In this document: piece after piece, positions 15,205 through 21,960 of the stretch
Position numbering within the stretch: position 1 is the stretch's first letter
Layout of the letters: the number at the start of each line of letters is the position of its first letter
DNA from: a virus
Virus record (IMG/VR): IMGVR_UViG_3300017760_000057
Reading direction: 5' to 3' (one strand)
Length of the DNA: 28,768 nt
Notes under the pieces: generated by a model
The model's database searches: none
Seen by the model: only the letters and a program-made list of their open reading frames with translations
What the model was told of the DNA's origin: nothing
Program-made: the position numbers and the translations under genes

Positions 15205-15596
15205 GTTTAATAAGAAATAGTAAACAGGTAAAACAAACTATAGATTTTACTGGCATAGAAAGTGGTAAGATACACCCTACTGACATAGATGTAGTTTTAG
15301 AATTTGACAATGAGGTTTTAATATTAATGGAAGTCAAACGCAAAGGTAACAAAATACCATTAGGTCAAAGATTAGTTTTAGAAAGAATAGCAAACTCTTG
15401 GCATACATCTAAGGTTGTTGTATTATATGTTACACACAATTTTGATAATGACAATAAAGATATTCCACTTAATAAATGTCAAGTGGACAGTATATATATG
15501 GATAAGATTTGGAAACCAGCAAAAAAAGAAATATCACTTATAAATACATTAAAAGGTTTAAGCGAATTGTGGAACATTAAAAAACTTAATTTATGA
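15201..15596 (+). CDS. Possible PD-(D/E)XK (VRR-NUC-like) nuclease
   Basis: HPTDIDVVLEFDNEVLILMEVKRKGNKIPLGQRLVLERI fits the D...E.K...Q pattern. GTG start overlapping the upstream stop as GTGA. Confidence 0.35.
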   Translation: MSLIRNSKQVKQTIDFTGIESGKIHPTDIDVVLEFDNEVLILMEVKRKGNKIPLGQRLVLERIANSWHTSKVVVLYVTHNFDNDNKDIPLNKCQVDSIYMDKIWKPAKKEISLINTLKGLSELWNIKKLNL

Positions 15597-15736
15597 GATT
15601 GGGAGATATAGTATATTACATAACAAAGTACACAGGTATAAGATGGATAGTCAAAAAGATTTTTGGAGAAGATTGTGGATGTGATGAAAGAAGAGATGAG
15701 TGGAACGATATAGATTTAGACATATGGAAAAAATAG
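15593..15736 (+). CDS. Small hypothetical protein with a CGC motif (47 aa)
   Basis: MRLGDIVYYITKYTGIRWIVKKIFGEDCGCDERRDEWNDIDLDIWKK, with an ATGA overlap. Confidence 0.35.
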   Translation: MRLGDIVYYITKYTGIRWIVKKIFGEDCGCDERRDEWNDIDLDIWKK

Positions 15737-15915
15737 ATAAAGATAACTGGAAGCAATTTAAAGCTGAGGTAAAAAGTAAACTAACACAAGACCAATATAA
15801 ACTATTGTGTGAGTTACACGCTAAATACTATAACCATAAATACCACGAGCCTTGCAGCTGTAATCCTAAAAGGTTAGTACAATGGATAGAAGACATAGAT
15901 AAGATATATGATTAA
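15724..15915 (+). CDS. Small Cys/His-containing hypothetical protein
   Basis: MEKIDKDNWKQFKAEV...KYHEPCSCNPKRLVQWIEDI. The ORF track starts at GTG 15700, and I prefer ATG 15724. Confidence 0.4.
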   Translation: MEKIDKDNWKQFKAEVKSKLTQDQYKLLCELHAKYYNHKYHEPCSCNPKRLVQWIEDIDKIYD

Positions 15916-16321
15916 AGATATACACAAGTGGGAAAAAGCTGTGATAATGTTACTAAACTTAGATGGTTGGAACTTGACACACACAGGAGATAGTTTTAAG
16001 CATTTTGATGCAATAGGTACAAGTCCAAAAGGTACTGAGGTTGTTATTGAAATGAAGTTTAGAAACAAATATTACAAAGAGAAACTATTAGAGTGCTACA
16101 AGTACGATAAGCTAATAGAAACAGGAAAGATAGCATTATACTTTGTAAATGACCCTAAAGGTAATTATATGTTCTGGCTAAACAACCTAAAGGATTTAAA
16201 AGCAAAAGATATGTACTGTCCAGACACAACACTATGGACTAAAAAGAAACTTCTAAAGCCTTGTTATTTGATAGACGAAAGCCAAGCATCAATAATGAAT
16301 TTAAACGATTTTAAGAAGTAG
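15908..16321 (+). CDS. Possible Hjc-like PD-(D/E)XK endonuclease / Holliday-junction resolvase
   Basis: WEKAVIMLLNLDGWNLTHTGDSFKHFDAIGTSPKGTEVVIEMKFR fits the E...D...E.K pattern. Its 137 aa is the typical size. Confidence 0.4.
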   Translation: MIKDIHKWEKAVIMLLNLDGWNLTHTGDSFKHFDAIGTSPKGTEVVIEMKFRNKYYKEKLLECYKYDKLIETGKIALYFVNDPKGNYMFWLNNLKDLKAKDMYCPDTTLWTKKKLLKPCYLIDESQASIMNLNDFKK

Positions 16322-16332
16322 AGTAAAAAAAG

Positions 16333-16353
16333 TTGTTTATAATTTGTTTATAA
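16333..16353. repeat. Tandem 11-bp-phased direct repeat TTGTTTATAA x2 upstream of a promoter-like element
   Basis: ttgtttataa at 16333-16342 and again at 16344-16353. TATAACAATTA also recurs at 16349 and 16378. Confidence 0.6.
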
Positions 16354-16367
16354 CAATTATTTTTATA

Positions 16368-16375
16368 TATATTTG
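16368..16375 (+). promoter_or_regulatory. TATATTTG (-7-type element) 31 nt upstream of ATG 16399
   Basis: The 12-mer TATATTTGTATA is identical to that at 9104, and the spacing to the next ATG is identical. Confidence 0.45.
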
Positions 16376-16398
16376 TATATAACAATTAAACAAAAACA

Positions 16399-16545
16399 AT
16401 GAACACTTTTACAATTACATTCAAAAACAAAAAAGGTTTAATGATTAGCAAAGACTTTTTATTCGATTGCCACACAGTACAAAAAGCTCAAGAGTTATTT
16501 GAAAACTCTAATGAAGCAAGTGCAAGAAGTATTACTAAACACTAA
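16399..16545 (+). CDS. Small hypothetical protein (48 aa)
   Basis: MNTFTITFKNKKGLMISKDFLFDCHTVQKAQELFENSNEASARSITKH. First ORF after the promoter-like element. Confidence 0.4.
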   Translation: MNTFTITFKNKKGLMISKDFLFDCHTVQKAQELFENSNEASARSITKH

Positions 16546-16549
16546 AACA

Positions 16550-16705
16550 ATGAGAACACAACTAACAGACTTACGCAAAGAACTTAGAGATATAGAATCT
16601 ACACTAAGTGCTAATATGCTTGTAAGACGATTACCCAAATCAACAGAAGCTAAACTGCTTGATAGAGCAGAATACATAAGAAGTGTAATATTTAATATAC
16701 AATAA
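16550..16705 (+). CDS. Small coiled-coil hypothetical protein
   Basis: The ORF is open from ATG 16499, but the internal ATG 16550 (MRTQLTDLRKELRDIE...) avoids a 47-nt overlap with 16399-16545. Confidence 0.4.
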   Translation: MRTQLTDLRKELRDIESTLSANMLVRRLPKSTEAKLLDRAEYIRSVIFNIQ

Positions 16706-16706
16706 A

Positions 16707-16895
16707 ATGAAAAAGACAAAGACAGGATTACATATCGAAACAAGAAAAAACAGGATAGAAGTTTATACACAAAAAGAACTGGAAGAACAAGAGCGTAAAT
16801 TGATGAGGCAGAGAGATACTTTAATGCAATTAATTTTAATCTTAATGTTTTTAGGCATTGCAGTAATAGGTTTTTTAATAGGAACTTCTGTATGA
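16707..16895 (+). CDS. Small single-pass membrane protein
   Basis: 62 aa with the C-terminal hydrophobic helix LMQLILILMFLGIAVIGFLIGTSV. Confidence 0.45.
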   Translation: MKKTKTGLHIETRKNRIEVYTQKELEEQERKLMRQRDTLMQLILILMFLGIAVIGFLIGTSV

Positions 16896-17146
16896 ATCTA
16901 CTACAGAAACAAGCATACAATCAATGGTTTACTTTTTTAGCAGATAAGTTAATGGAGTGGCATAAACAAAAGCCAAACAATAAAGACATAACTAATTGTG
17001 TAAAAGCTATTACAGAGGTTGGTATGTTTAACAATACATTACTTACTGAGTTAGATATAATAACTAAAAGAGAAACCCTTGCAAGAAACGATAAGAACAA
17101 AGAGATACTAAAACTAAAAGAAGAATTAAAACAATATGAAATCTAA
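16892..17146 (+). CDS. Hypothetical protein
   Basis: 84-aa ORF with an ATGA overlap onto the upstream gene. Confidence 0.45.
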   Translation: MNLLQKQAYNQWFTFLADKLMEWHKQKPNNKDITNCVKAITEVGMFNNTLLTELDIITKRETLARNDKNKEILKLKEELKQYEI

Positions 17147-17912
17147 AATAAAATTACTTGATGGTAAATACTACGACAGAGTAGAACTATTAGAACGTAT
17201 GGAAGATGATAGCTTTTACTATGGAGAACTAAACAAGTTAGCACTTAGTAGTAGTAGCCTTAAACAACTTCTGTCAAGTCCTAAGACATATAGCTTCAGC
17301 TTGAAGTATGGTAGTGGAGATAGTGCTGCACTTAGAGCTGGTGCTTTATTCCATTGGGCAATCCTTGAGCCAGAGAAGTTTGCATCACAGAAATTTGTTG
17401 AGGTACAAAGCAGAAACACAAAGAAGTTTAAGGAAGTACAAGAAGAATTTGGTACAGCTTTTACTGCTAAGGAACGAGGAGAAGCTGATAGGCTTGTAGA
17501 TGCGTTCTACAGAAACGAACACGCAAAAGAACTAATAACTAAAGCAGAGTTTGAGATACCAGCTATAGATAATGTATTAGACTTTCCATTTAGAGGTAAA
17601 GCAGATGTATTAGCTACAAATAGAATAGTAGACCTAAAGACTACAACAAACATAAAAGACTTTAGCTGGAGTGCTAATAAGTACGGATATGACGTACAAT
17701 GCTACTTATACTGTAACTTATTCAACAAAGAGTATAAAGACTTCTACTTCCTTGTATTAGATAAAGGCTCATTAGACATAGGTATATTTAATTGTTCTGA
17801 GGAGTTTTATTACAGAGGCGAACAGAAAGTAGAGAAAGCACTTGACTTATACAACAAGTTCTTTATAGAGGGTGCAGACTTAGATAACTATTGTTTAACA
17901 GGAGAATTATGA
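17136..17912 (+). CDS. PD-(D/E)XK exonuclease (RecE C-terminal / DUF3799-like)
   Basis: ALRAGALFHWAILEPEKF and GKADVLATNRIVDLKTT...YGYDVQCYLY match the exodeoxyribonuclease-VIII-like pattern. Confidence 0.75.
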   Translation: MKSKIKLLDGKYYDRVELLERMEDDSFYYGELNKLALSSSSLKQLLSSPKTYSFSLKYGSGDSAALRAGALFHWAILEPEKFASQKFVEVQSRNTKKFKEVQEEFGTAFTAKERGEADRLVDAFYRNEHAKELITKAEFEIPAIDNVLDFPFRGKADVLATNRIVDLKTTTNIKDFSWSANKYGYDVQCYLYCNLFNKEYKDFYFLVLDKGSLDIGIFNCSEEFYYRGEQKVEKALDLYNKFFIEGADLDNYCLTGEL

Positions 17913-18508
17913 TAGCAAGTTTATTAAGCAGAATAGGTATTGAAGTATGGAGAGATATTCCAGAATATGAGGGTAGATATAAAGTTAGTAATTTAGGTAA
18001 TGTTAAAAGTTTAAATTATAACAAAACAAAGAAATCTAAAATAATGACAAAAGGTCTTAACAGCAATGGTAGATATAGAGTTGGTTTATCTAAAAATGGG
18101 AAGCATAGAGGTAATTGCAAAATATCACAGCTTGTCGCTATGGCTTTTTTAAATCATAAGCCTTGCGGTTTGAAAATGGTAGTAGACCATAAAGATAATG
18201 ATAAGTTAAATGACAGACTTTACAATTTGCAAGTAATAACAAATAGACAAAATACTTCTAAAGACAAGAGAGGTGGAACTTCAAAATATACTGGAGTATA
18301 TATGGATAAAAAAAAATGGAGAGCAGCTATAAGAATAAATGGTAAAATTAAATATCTTGGTCTTTTTACAGATGAGAAAGAAGCTGCTAAAGCATATCAA
18401 AACGAATTAAAAAAAATAAATGAAACAAAAGAAACACACACAGATACAAAGAATACTAAGATTAGAAAATGTAGTAGCTCAGCTATATGTACAGATAGAA
18501 GCTATTAA
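17909..18508 (+). mobile_element. Free-standing HNH homing endonuclease (NUMOD4 + HNH_3 + AP2 DNA-binding domain)
   Basis: EVWRDIPEYEGRYKVSNLGNVKSL (NUMOD4), VDHKDNDKLNDRLYNLQVITNRQN (HNH) and YTGVYMDKKKWRAAIRINGKIKYLGLFTDEKEAAKAY (AP2). ATG 17909 forms an ATGA overlap, whereas the ORF track starts at TTG 17891. Confidence 0.85.
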
Positions 18509-18540
18509 ACTTACATTATCCAAAAAAGAAAAAAAGAAAG

Positions 18541-18987
18541 ATGAACAAAAAGATTGATTATATTAGTGGTACTGAATCTGCATATACAATGAATGAACAA
18601 GAAGAGTTAGAGTACGAAGAATGGAAAGCTGGTGTATATGATGAAGAGGACTTCTACCAATATGAAGCAATGGTAAAACAAGAGAGAAAACAAATGCCTG
18701 TATATAGTGGAGTACTTAAATACTTCCCAGATGCAATAAGAGAGGTAGCTAAAGTATCTTGGGCTGGTAATGAACAACACCACCCAGACAAACCTCTGCA
18801 TTGGGATAGAGCTAAGTCATCAGACGAATTAGATGCATTAGCAAGACATTTAATAGAGGCTGGTACAATAGACAAAGATATGCAAAGACATTCAGCAAAG
18901 GTAGCTTGGAGAGCCTTAGCTAACCTACAGAAAGAATTAGAACAAGAGGGTAAAGCACCCTTGAGCCAATATAATAAAACAATATGA
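18541..18987 (+). CDS. DUF5664 / dATP-dGTP diphosphohydrolase-N-like (MazG-related) protein, tentative
   Basis: VYSGVLKYFPDAIREVAKVSWAGNEQHHPDKPLHWDRAKSSDELDALARHL...HSAKVAWRALANLQ resembles that family from memory only. Confidence 0.4.
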   Translation: MNKKIDYISGTESAYTMNEQEELEYEEWKAGVYDEEDFYQYEAMVKQERKQMPVYSGVLKYFPDAIREVAKVSWAGNEQHHPDKPLHWDRAKSSDELDALARHLIEAGTIDKDMQRHSAKVAWRALANLQKELEQEGKAPLSQYNKTI

Positions 18988-19154
18988 AATTTAATTTAAA
19001 GATAGAATACTTAGGTAAAATAGAAAACAAACACGAAGCAGAGAAAGATATGTACCACTTAACCTTTAAGACTTACAATGCAGAAATAACAGGTAAGTTT
19101 GAAAGAAGCGAGTTAAGACACTTAATACAACAATTAGACAACGCAATAGTATGA
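18984..19154 (+). CDS. Small hypothetical protein (56 aa)
   Basis: MKFNLKIEYLGKIENKHEAEKDMYHLTFKTYNAEITGKFERSELRHLIQQLDNAIV, with ATGA overlaps at both ends. Confidence 0.4.
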   Translation: MKFNLKIEYLGKIENKHEAEKDMYHLTFKTYNAEITGKFERSELRHLIQQLDNAIV

Positions 19155-19297
19155 AATCCTTGTGGAGAAAAAAGAATGGTAGATGGTATAAGCTAAAGCC
19201 TAATAACGACAAGGTTAAGTTTATAGCTTGTAACGAAGCGACACAAACAAACTACTATAGCAGAACAAATAAAAAGAGTACTTATAAAGAGTTATAG
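19151..19297 (+). CDS. Small basic hypothetical protein (48 aa)
   Basis: MKSLWRKKNGRWYKLKPNNDKVKFIACNEATQTNYYSRTNKKSTYKEL. It fills the gap up to ATG 19300. Confidence 0.35.
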   Translation: MKSLWRKKNGRWYKLKPNNDKVKFIACNEATQTNYYSRTNKKSTYKEL

Positions 19298-19299
19298 AT

Positions 19300-19656
19300 A
19301 TGAAATTAAAAGCAATTAGAGATATAATATTACAAGTAAACGATATAGATATATTTGAGCAATCAAGACGTAGAGAGGTTATAGAGATGCGAAGTGTAGC
19401 AAACAAGTATATGAGAAAACAAAACAAAAAGATATTTAGAGATATAGTAAATGAATATAAAGAGAACGGATATAACACATCACATTGTTCTATAATACAT
19501 AGCTTAAACACATATAAGCAACATTGTAAATACAATAAAAACATAGAGCTAACATATAAACACCTATTAGGAGATACTAAACTATATGTGATGGAGAAGT
19601 TACCAAAGGCTACTGACCTACAGATAGAACTGATAGAAGAAATACTATTAGGCTAA
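19300..19656 (+). CDS. DnaA-domain-IV-like helix-turn-helix protein
   Basis: SRRREVIEMRSVANKYMRK...GYNTSHCSIIHSL parallels the DnaA C-terminal pattern (R..i..aRqiamYl...HstV.ha). Confidence 0.45.
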   Translation: MKLKAIRDIILQVNDIDIFEQSRRREVIEMRSVANKYMRKQNKKIFRDIVNEYKENGYNTSHCSIIHSLNTYKQHCKYNKNIELTYKHLLGDTKLYVMEKLPKATDLQIELIEEILLG

Positions 19657-19685
19657 AAAAAATTAAAATTGTTTATATATTAATG
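19655..19685 (+). promoter_or_regulatory. Copy E of the repeated element. Here its ATG opens only a 2-codon ORF, and the element sits 37 nt upstream of the small terminase ATG.
   Basis: aaaaaaaattaaaattgtttatatattaatg, with the exact TTATATATTA core. Confidence 0.45.
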
Positions 19686-19686
19686 A

Positions 19687-19714
19687 ATTGATTAATCAAT
19701 CTTTTTTCAATCTT
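19687..19714. promoter_or_regulatory. 14-bp perfect palindrome ATTGATTAATCAAT followed by 11-bp-phased TCAATCTT x2, just upstream of the small terminase gene
   Basis: Palindrome at 19687-19700. TCAATCTT occurs at 19696-19703 and 19707-19714. Confidence 0.5.
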
Positions 19715-19721
19715 TATAAAT

Positions 19722-19991
19722 ATGGATAAGAGAGCAAACAATGGAGGTGCAAGACAAGGTGCTGGTAGAAAGACAAAACAACAAGAGCAAAAGCTAATAG
19801 AAAGGTTAGATGCAATAATAGACAAAGACGAAGCATTATCTAAATTAGGAGAGTTAGTATCTAAAGGAGATATGAGAGCTGTACAGTTATATCTAAGTTA
19901 CCGATATGGTAAACCAAAAGAAAGCGTAGATATAAATTCAAGTGAAGGCTTAAACATCAACTTTAGAGATTTAATAAAGTTCGTTGATTAA
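19722..19991 (+). CDS. terS: Putative terminase small subunit
   Basis: 89 aa with N-terminal NNGGARQGAGRK, a motif common in small terminases. It lies immediately upstream of, and overlaps, the large terminase gene. Confidence 0.5.
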   Translation: MDKRANNGGARQGAGRKTKQQEQKLIERLDAIIDKDEALSKLGELVSKGDMRAVQLYLSYRYGKPKESVDINSSEGLNINFRDLIKFVD

Positions 19992-21189
19992 TATACATAA
20001 CAAATACAAACCTATACTTAGTGAAGATAGTAGGTACTTTATAGTTAGTGGGGGTAGAGGTAGTGGAAAGTCTTTTACTATCAATGCCCTCTTAGTTATG
20101 CTTACATACGAGCAAGGACACACAATCCTGTTCACAAGATATACATTAACCTCAGCATACATATCAATCATACCAGAGTTCATAGATAAGTTAGAACTCT
20201 TTAATTGTGTACACGACTTCCATATAACAAAAGACGAGATACTAAATAAAAAGACAGGAAGCAAGATAATCTTTAGAGGTATCAAGACATCAAGTGGCGA
20301 CCAGACTGCAAACCTTAAATCTCTGCAAGGTATTACAACTTGGGTAGTAGATGAAGCTGAGGAACTAACAGACGAACAGAAGTTTGATACTATAGACTTA
20401 TCAGTAAGACAACAAGGTAAACAAAACAGAGTTATCCTAATACTAAACCCAACTACCAAAGAACACTTTATATACACACGCTTCTTTGAAGATAGAGGTG
20501 TACAAGAGGGTAGCAATACAACAAAAGAAAACACTACCTACATACACACCACATATATAGACAACATAGACAACCTATCTAAAAGCTATATAGACCAAAT
20601 AGCACAGATGAGAGAAAGACGACCAGAGAAATACAAACAACAGATGTTAGGTGCTTGGATGTCTAAAGCTGAGGGTGTTATATTTAGCAACTGGACTATA
20701 GGAGAGTTTAAAAGAAGTAGCGTAAGTGTGTGGGGTCAAGATTATGGTTTTGCTGCTGACCCATCTACATTAGTTGAGGTAAACATAGACAAAGCTAATA
20801 AAACAATATATCTAAAAGAGTGCTTTTACTTGCCAAGACTTACAACATCACAAATAGCAGACTTAAACCAGAAACACGCAAGAGATGGTTTGATAGTAGC
20901 TGATAGTGCAGAGCCAAGACTAATAACAGAACTTAAAAGACATTGTAACGTAAAGCCAAGTATAAAAGGTCAAGGAAGTGTTACATACGGAATAAGCTTA
21001 TTACAAGACTATGACTTAGTGGTAAGTCCAGATAGTACAAACCTCATCAAAGAACTAAACAACTATCGCTGGTTAGAACGCAAAAGCAATACACCAATAG
21101 ACAAATACAATCACTTGATAGATGCAGTTAGATACGCTGTAGGCTATCAATTACAAAATCCTAATAGAGGTAAGTATATTGTTCACTAA
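19984..21189 (+). CDS. terL: Terminase large subunit (PBSX/XtmB-like family)
   Basis: Walker A YFIVSGGRGSGKSF and Walker B TTWVVDEAEEL, with a C-terminal nuclease-like region. TTG 19984 is the only possible start, because two in-frame TAA codons lie at 19972-19977. Confidence 0.9.
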   Translation: MINIHNKYKPILSEDSRYFIVSGGRGSGKSFTINALLVMLTYEQGHTILFTRYTLTSAYISIIPEFIDKLELFNCVHDFHITKDEILNKKTGSKIIFRGIKTSSGDQTANLKSLQGITTWVVDEAEELTDEQKFDTIDLSVRQQGKQNRVILILNPTTKEHFIYTRFFEDRGVQEGSNTTKENTTYIHTTYIDNIDNLSKSYIDQIAQMRERRPEKYKQQMLGAWMSKAEGVIFSNWTIGEFKRSSVSVWGQDYGFAADPSTLVEVNIDKANKTIYLKECFYLPRLTTSQIADLNQKHARDGLIVADSAEPRLITELKRHCNVKPSIKGQGSVTYGISLLQDYDLVVSPDSTNLIKELNNYRWLERKSNTPIDKYNHLIDAVRYAVGYQLQNPNRGKYIVH

Positions 21190-21220
21190 AATAATTTAAA
21201 AACGTTTATATATTAGTATG
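21187..21220 (+). promoter_or_regulatory. Copy C of the repeated element, ending in the start codon of 21218
   Basis: taaaataatttaaaaacgtttatatattagtatg. Confidence 0.5.
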
Positions 21221-21874
21221 AAAGTTAATCTAAGAATACCGACAACTTTAAATGATGTAACTCTAAAACAATACCAAGAGTTTGCAAAGTTAGAAAACAA
21301 GTTAGATGATACAAATGATTCTACAATACAACTAAAGATAGTAGAGATATTTTGTAATGTTCCAGAGATAGTAGTAAGGAATATGAAAGCAACAGATATT
21401 GCTGAGGTCTGTGAAATCATAAATACTATGTTTGATGCACAACACCAGCTTATAAATAGATTTACACTTAATGGTGTGGAGTATGGGTTTATACCAGAGT
21501 TAGATGATATGAGCTTTGGAGAGTATATGGACTTAGATACCTTTATAGGCGATAATGATAATTTACATAGAGCAGTAAATGTATTGTTCAGACCAATAGA
21601 ACACAAGAGAGGGCATAGATACAAGCTAAAAGACTACGACCCAGATACAAGCGAAGATGCTAAAGATTTTCCTTTAGATGCAGTATTAGGTGCAATAGTT
21701 TTTTTTTACAATTTAGGCAAGGACTTATCTCTGGTTATGATGAACTCTTTGGAGAAGAAGAACGAGATAGCTTTAGCTCAGCATCTGCTTTCTCATCCAA
21801 ATGGGGATGGTTTAACGCACTCTATGGAATCGCTAACGGAGATATTACAAAATTTGAAAATATCACTAAACTAA
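21218..21874 (+). CDS. Tail-assembly-chaperone-like protein, zero-frame product (218 aa)
   Basis: ORF beginning at the repeated element and containing a T9 run at 21699-21707. The chaperone call rests on the frameshift architecture and loose motif recall (FGEYMDLDTFIG...LHRAVNVLFRPI). Confidence 0.45.
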   Translation: MKVNLRIPTTLNDVTLKQYQEFAKLENKLDDTNDSTIQLKIVEIFCNVPEIVVRNMKATDIAEVCEIINTMFDAQHQLINRFTLNGVEYGFIPELDDMSFGEYMDLDTFIGDNDNLHRAVNVLFRPIEHKRGHRYKLKDYDPDTSEDAKDFPLDAVLGAIVFFYNLGKDLSLVMMNSLEKKNEIALAQHLLSHPNGDGLTHSMESLTEILQNLKISLN

Positions 21875-21960
21875 ACGTACATCAATGCTTAACGTATTTA
21901 GAGTACACAAAAGAGAAAAACGAAATAGAATCAGCAAGAATTAAAAACAAGTTTAAATGA
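21218..21960 (+). CDS. Predicted -1 frameshift (or homopolymer-corrected) fusion product, 247 aa. The shift occurs at T TTT TTT (21700-21706).
   Basis: The -1 frame is open from 21664 to TGA 21958-21960 and contains no ATG, GTG or TTG. It ends in an ATGA overlap with the next gene and reads plausibly (SKWGWFNALYGIANGDITKFENITKLNVHQCLTYLEY). Confidence 0.5.

Noticed and set aside
16495-16920. 141-aa minus-strand ORF
   Set aside because: It overlaps three tightly coupled + strand ORFs and has Leu/Ser/Phe-rich composition typical of antisense frames in AT-rich DNA. No minus-strand signals are present. The same reasoning rejects the other minus-strand ORFs: 159-374, 2496-2780, 6227-6457, 7278-7514, 11889-12116, 15134-15352, 15874-16068, 17219-17419, 18607-18875, 19221-19544, 19971-20534, 21196-21624, 22684-22977, 23421-23819, 26877-27380 and 27771-27965.
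17308-17499. 63-aa + strand ORF in an alternative frame inside the exonuclease gene
   Set aside because: It is nested within a gene with clear family motifs, and it has no independent support.
18516-18524. TTATCCAAA, one mismatch from the DnaA box consensus
   Set aside because: It is a single isolated copy in an AT-rich genome with no cluster or adjacent unwinding element. This is insufficient to call an origin.
19350-19357. Additional TATATTTG matches inside genes (19350-19357 and 22055-22062)
   Set aside because: They are intragenic, lack the extended TATATTTGT(A) context and have no downstream start. They are likely chance matches in AT-rich coding sequence.
12142-19656. Search for a lysogeny module (integrase, CI/Cro-type repressors, excisionase) or tRNA genes
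   Set aside because: No ORF shows tyrosine- or serine-recombinase motifs or a divergent repressor pair. No noncoding stretch is long enough and structured like a tRNA. On this evidence the phage looks strictly lytic, though small HTH proteins could be missed without profile searches.
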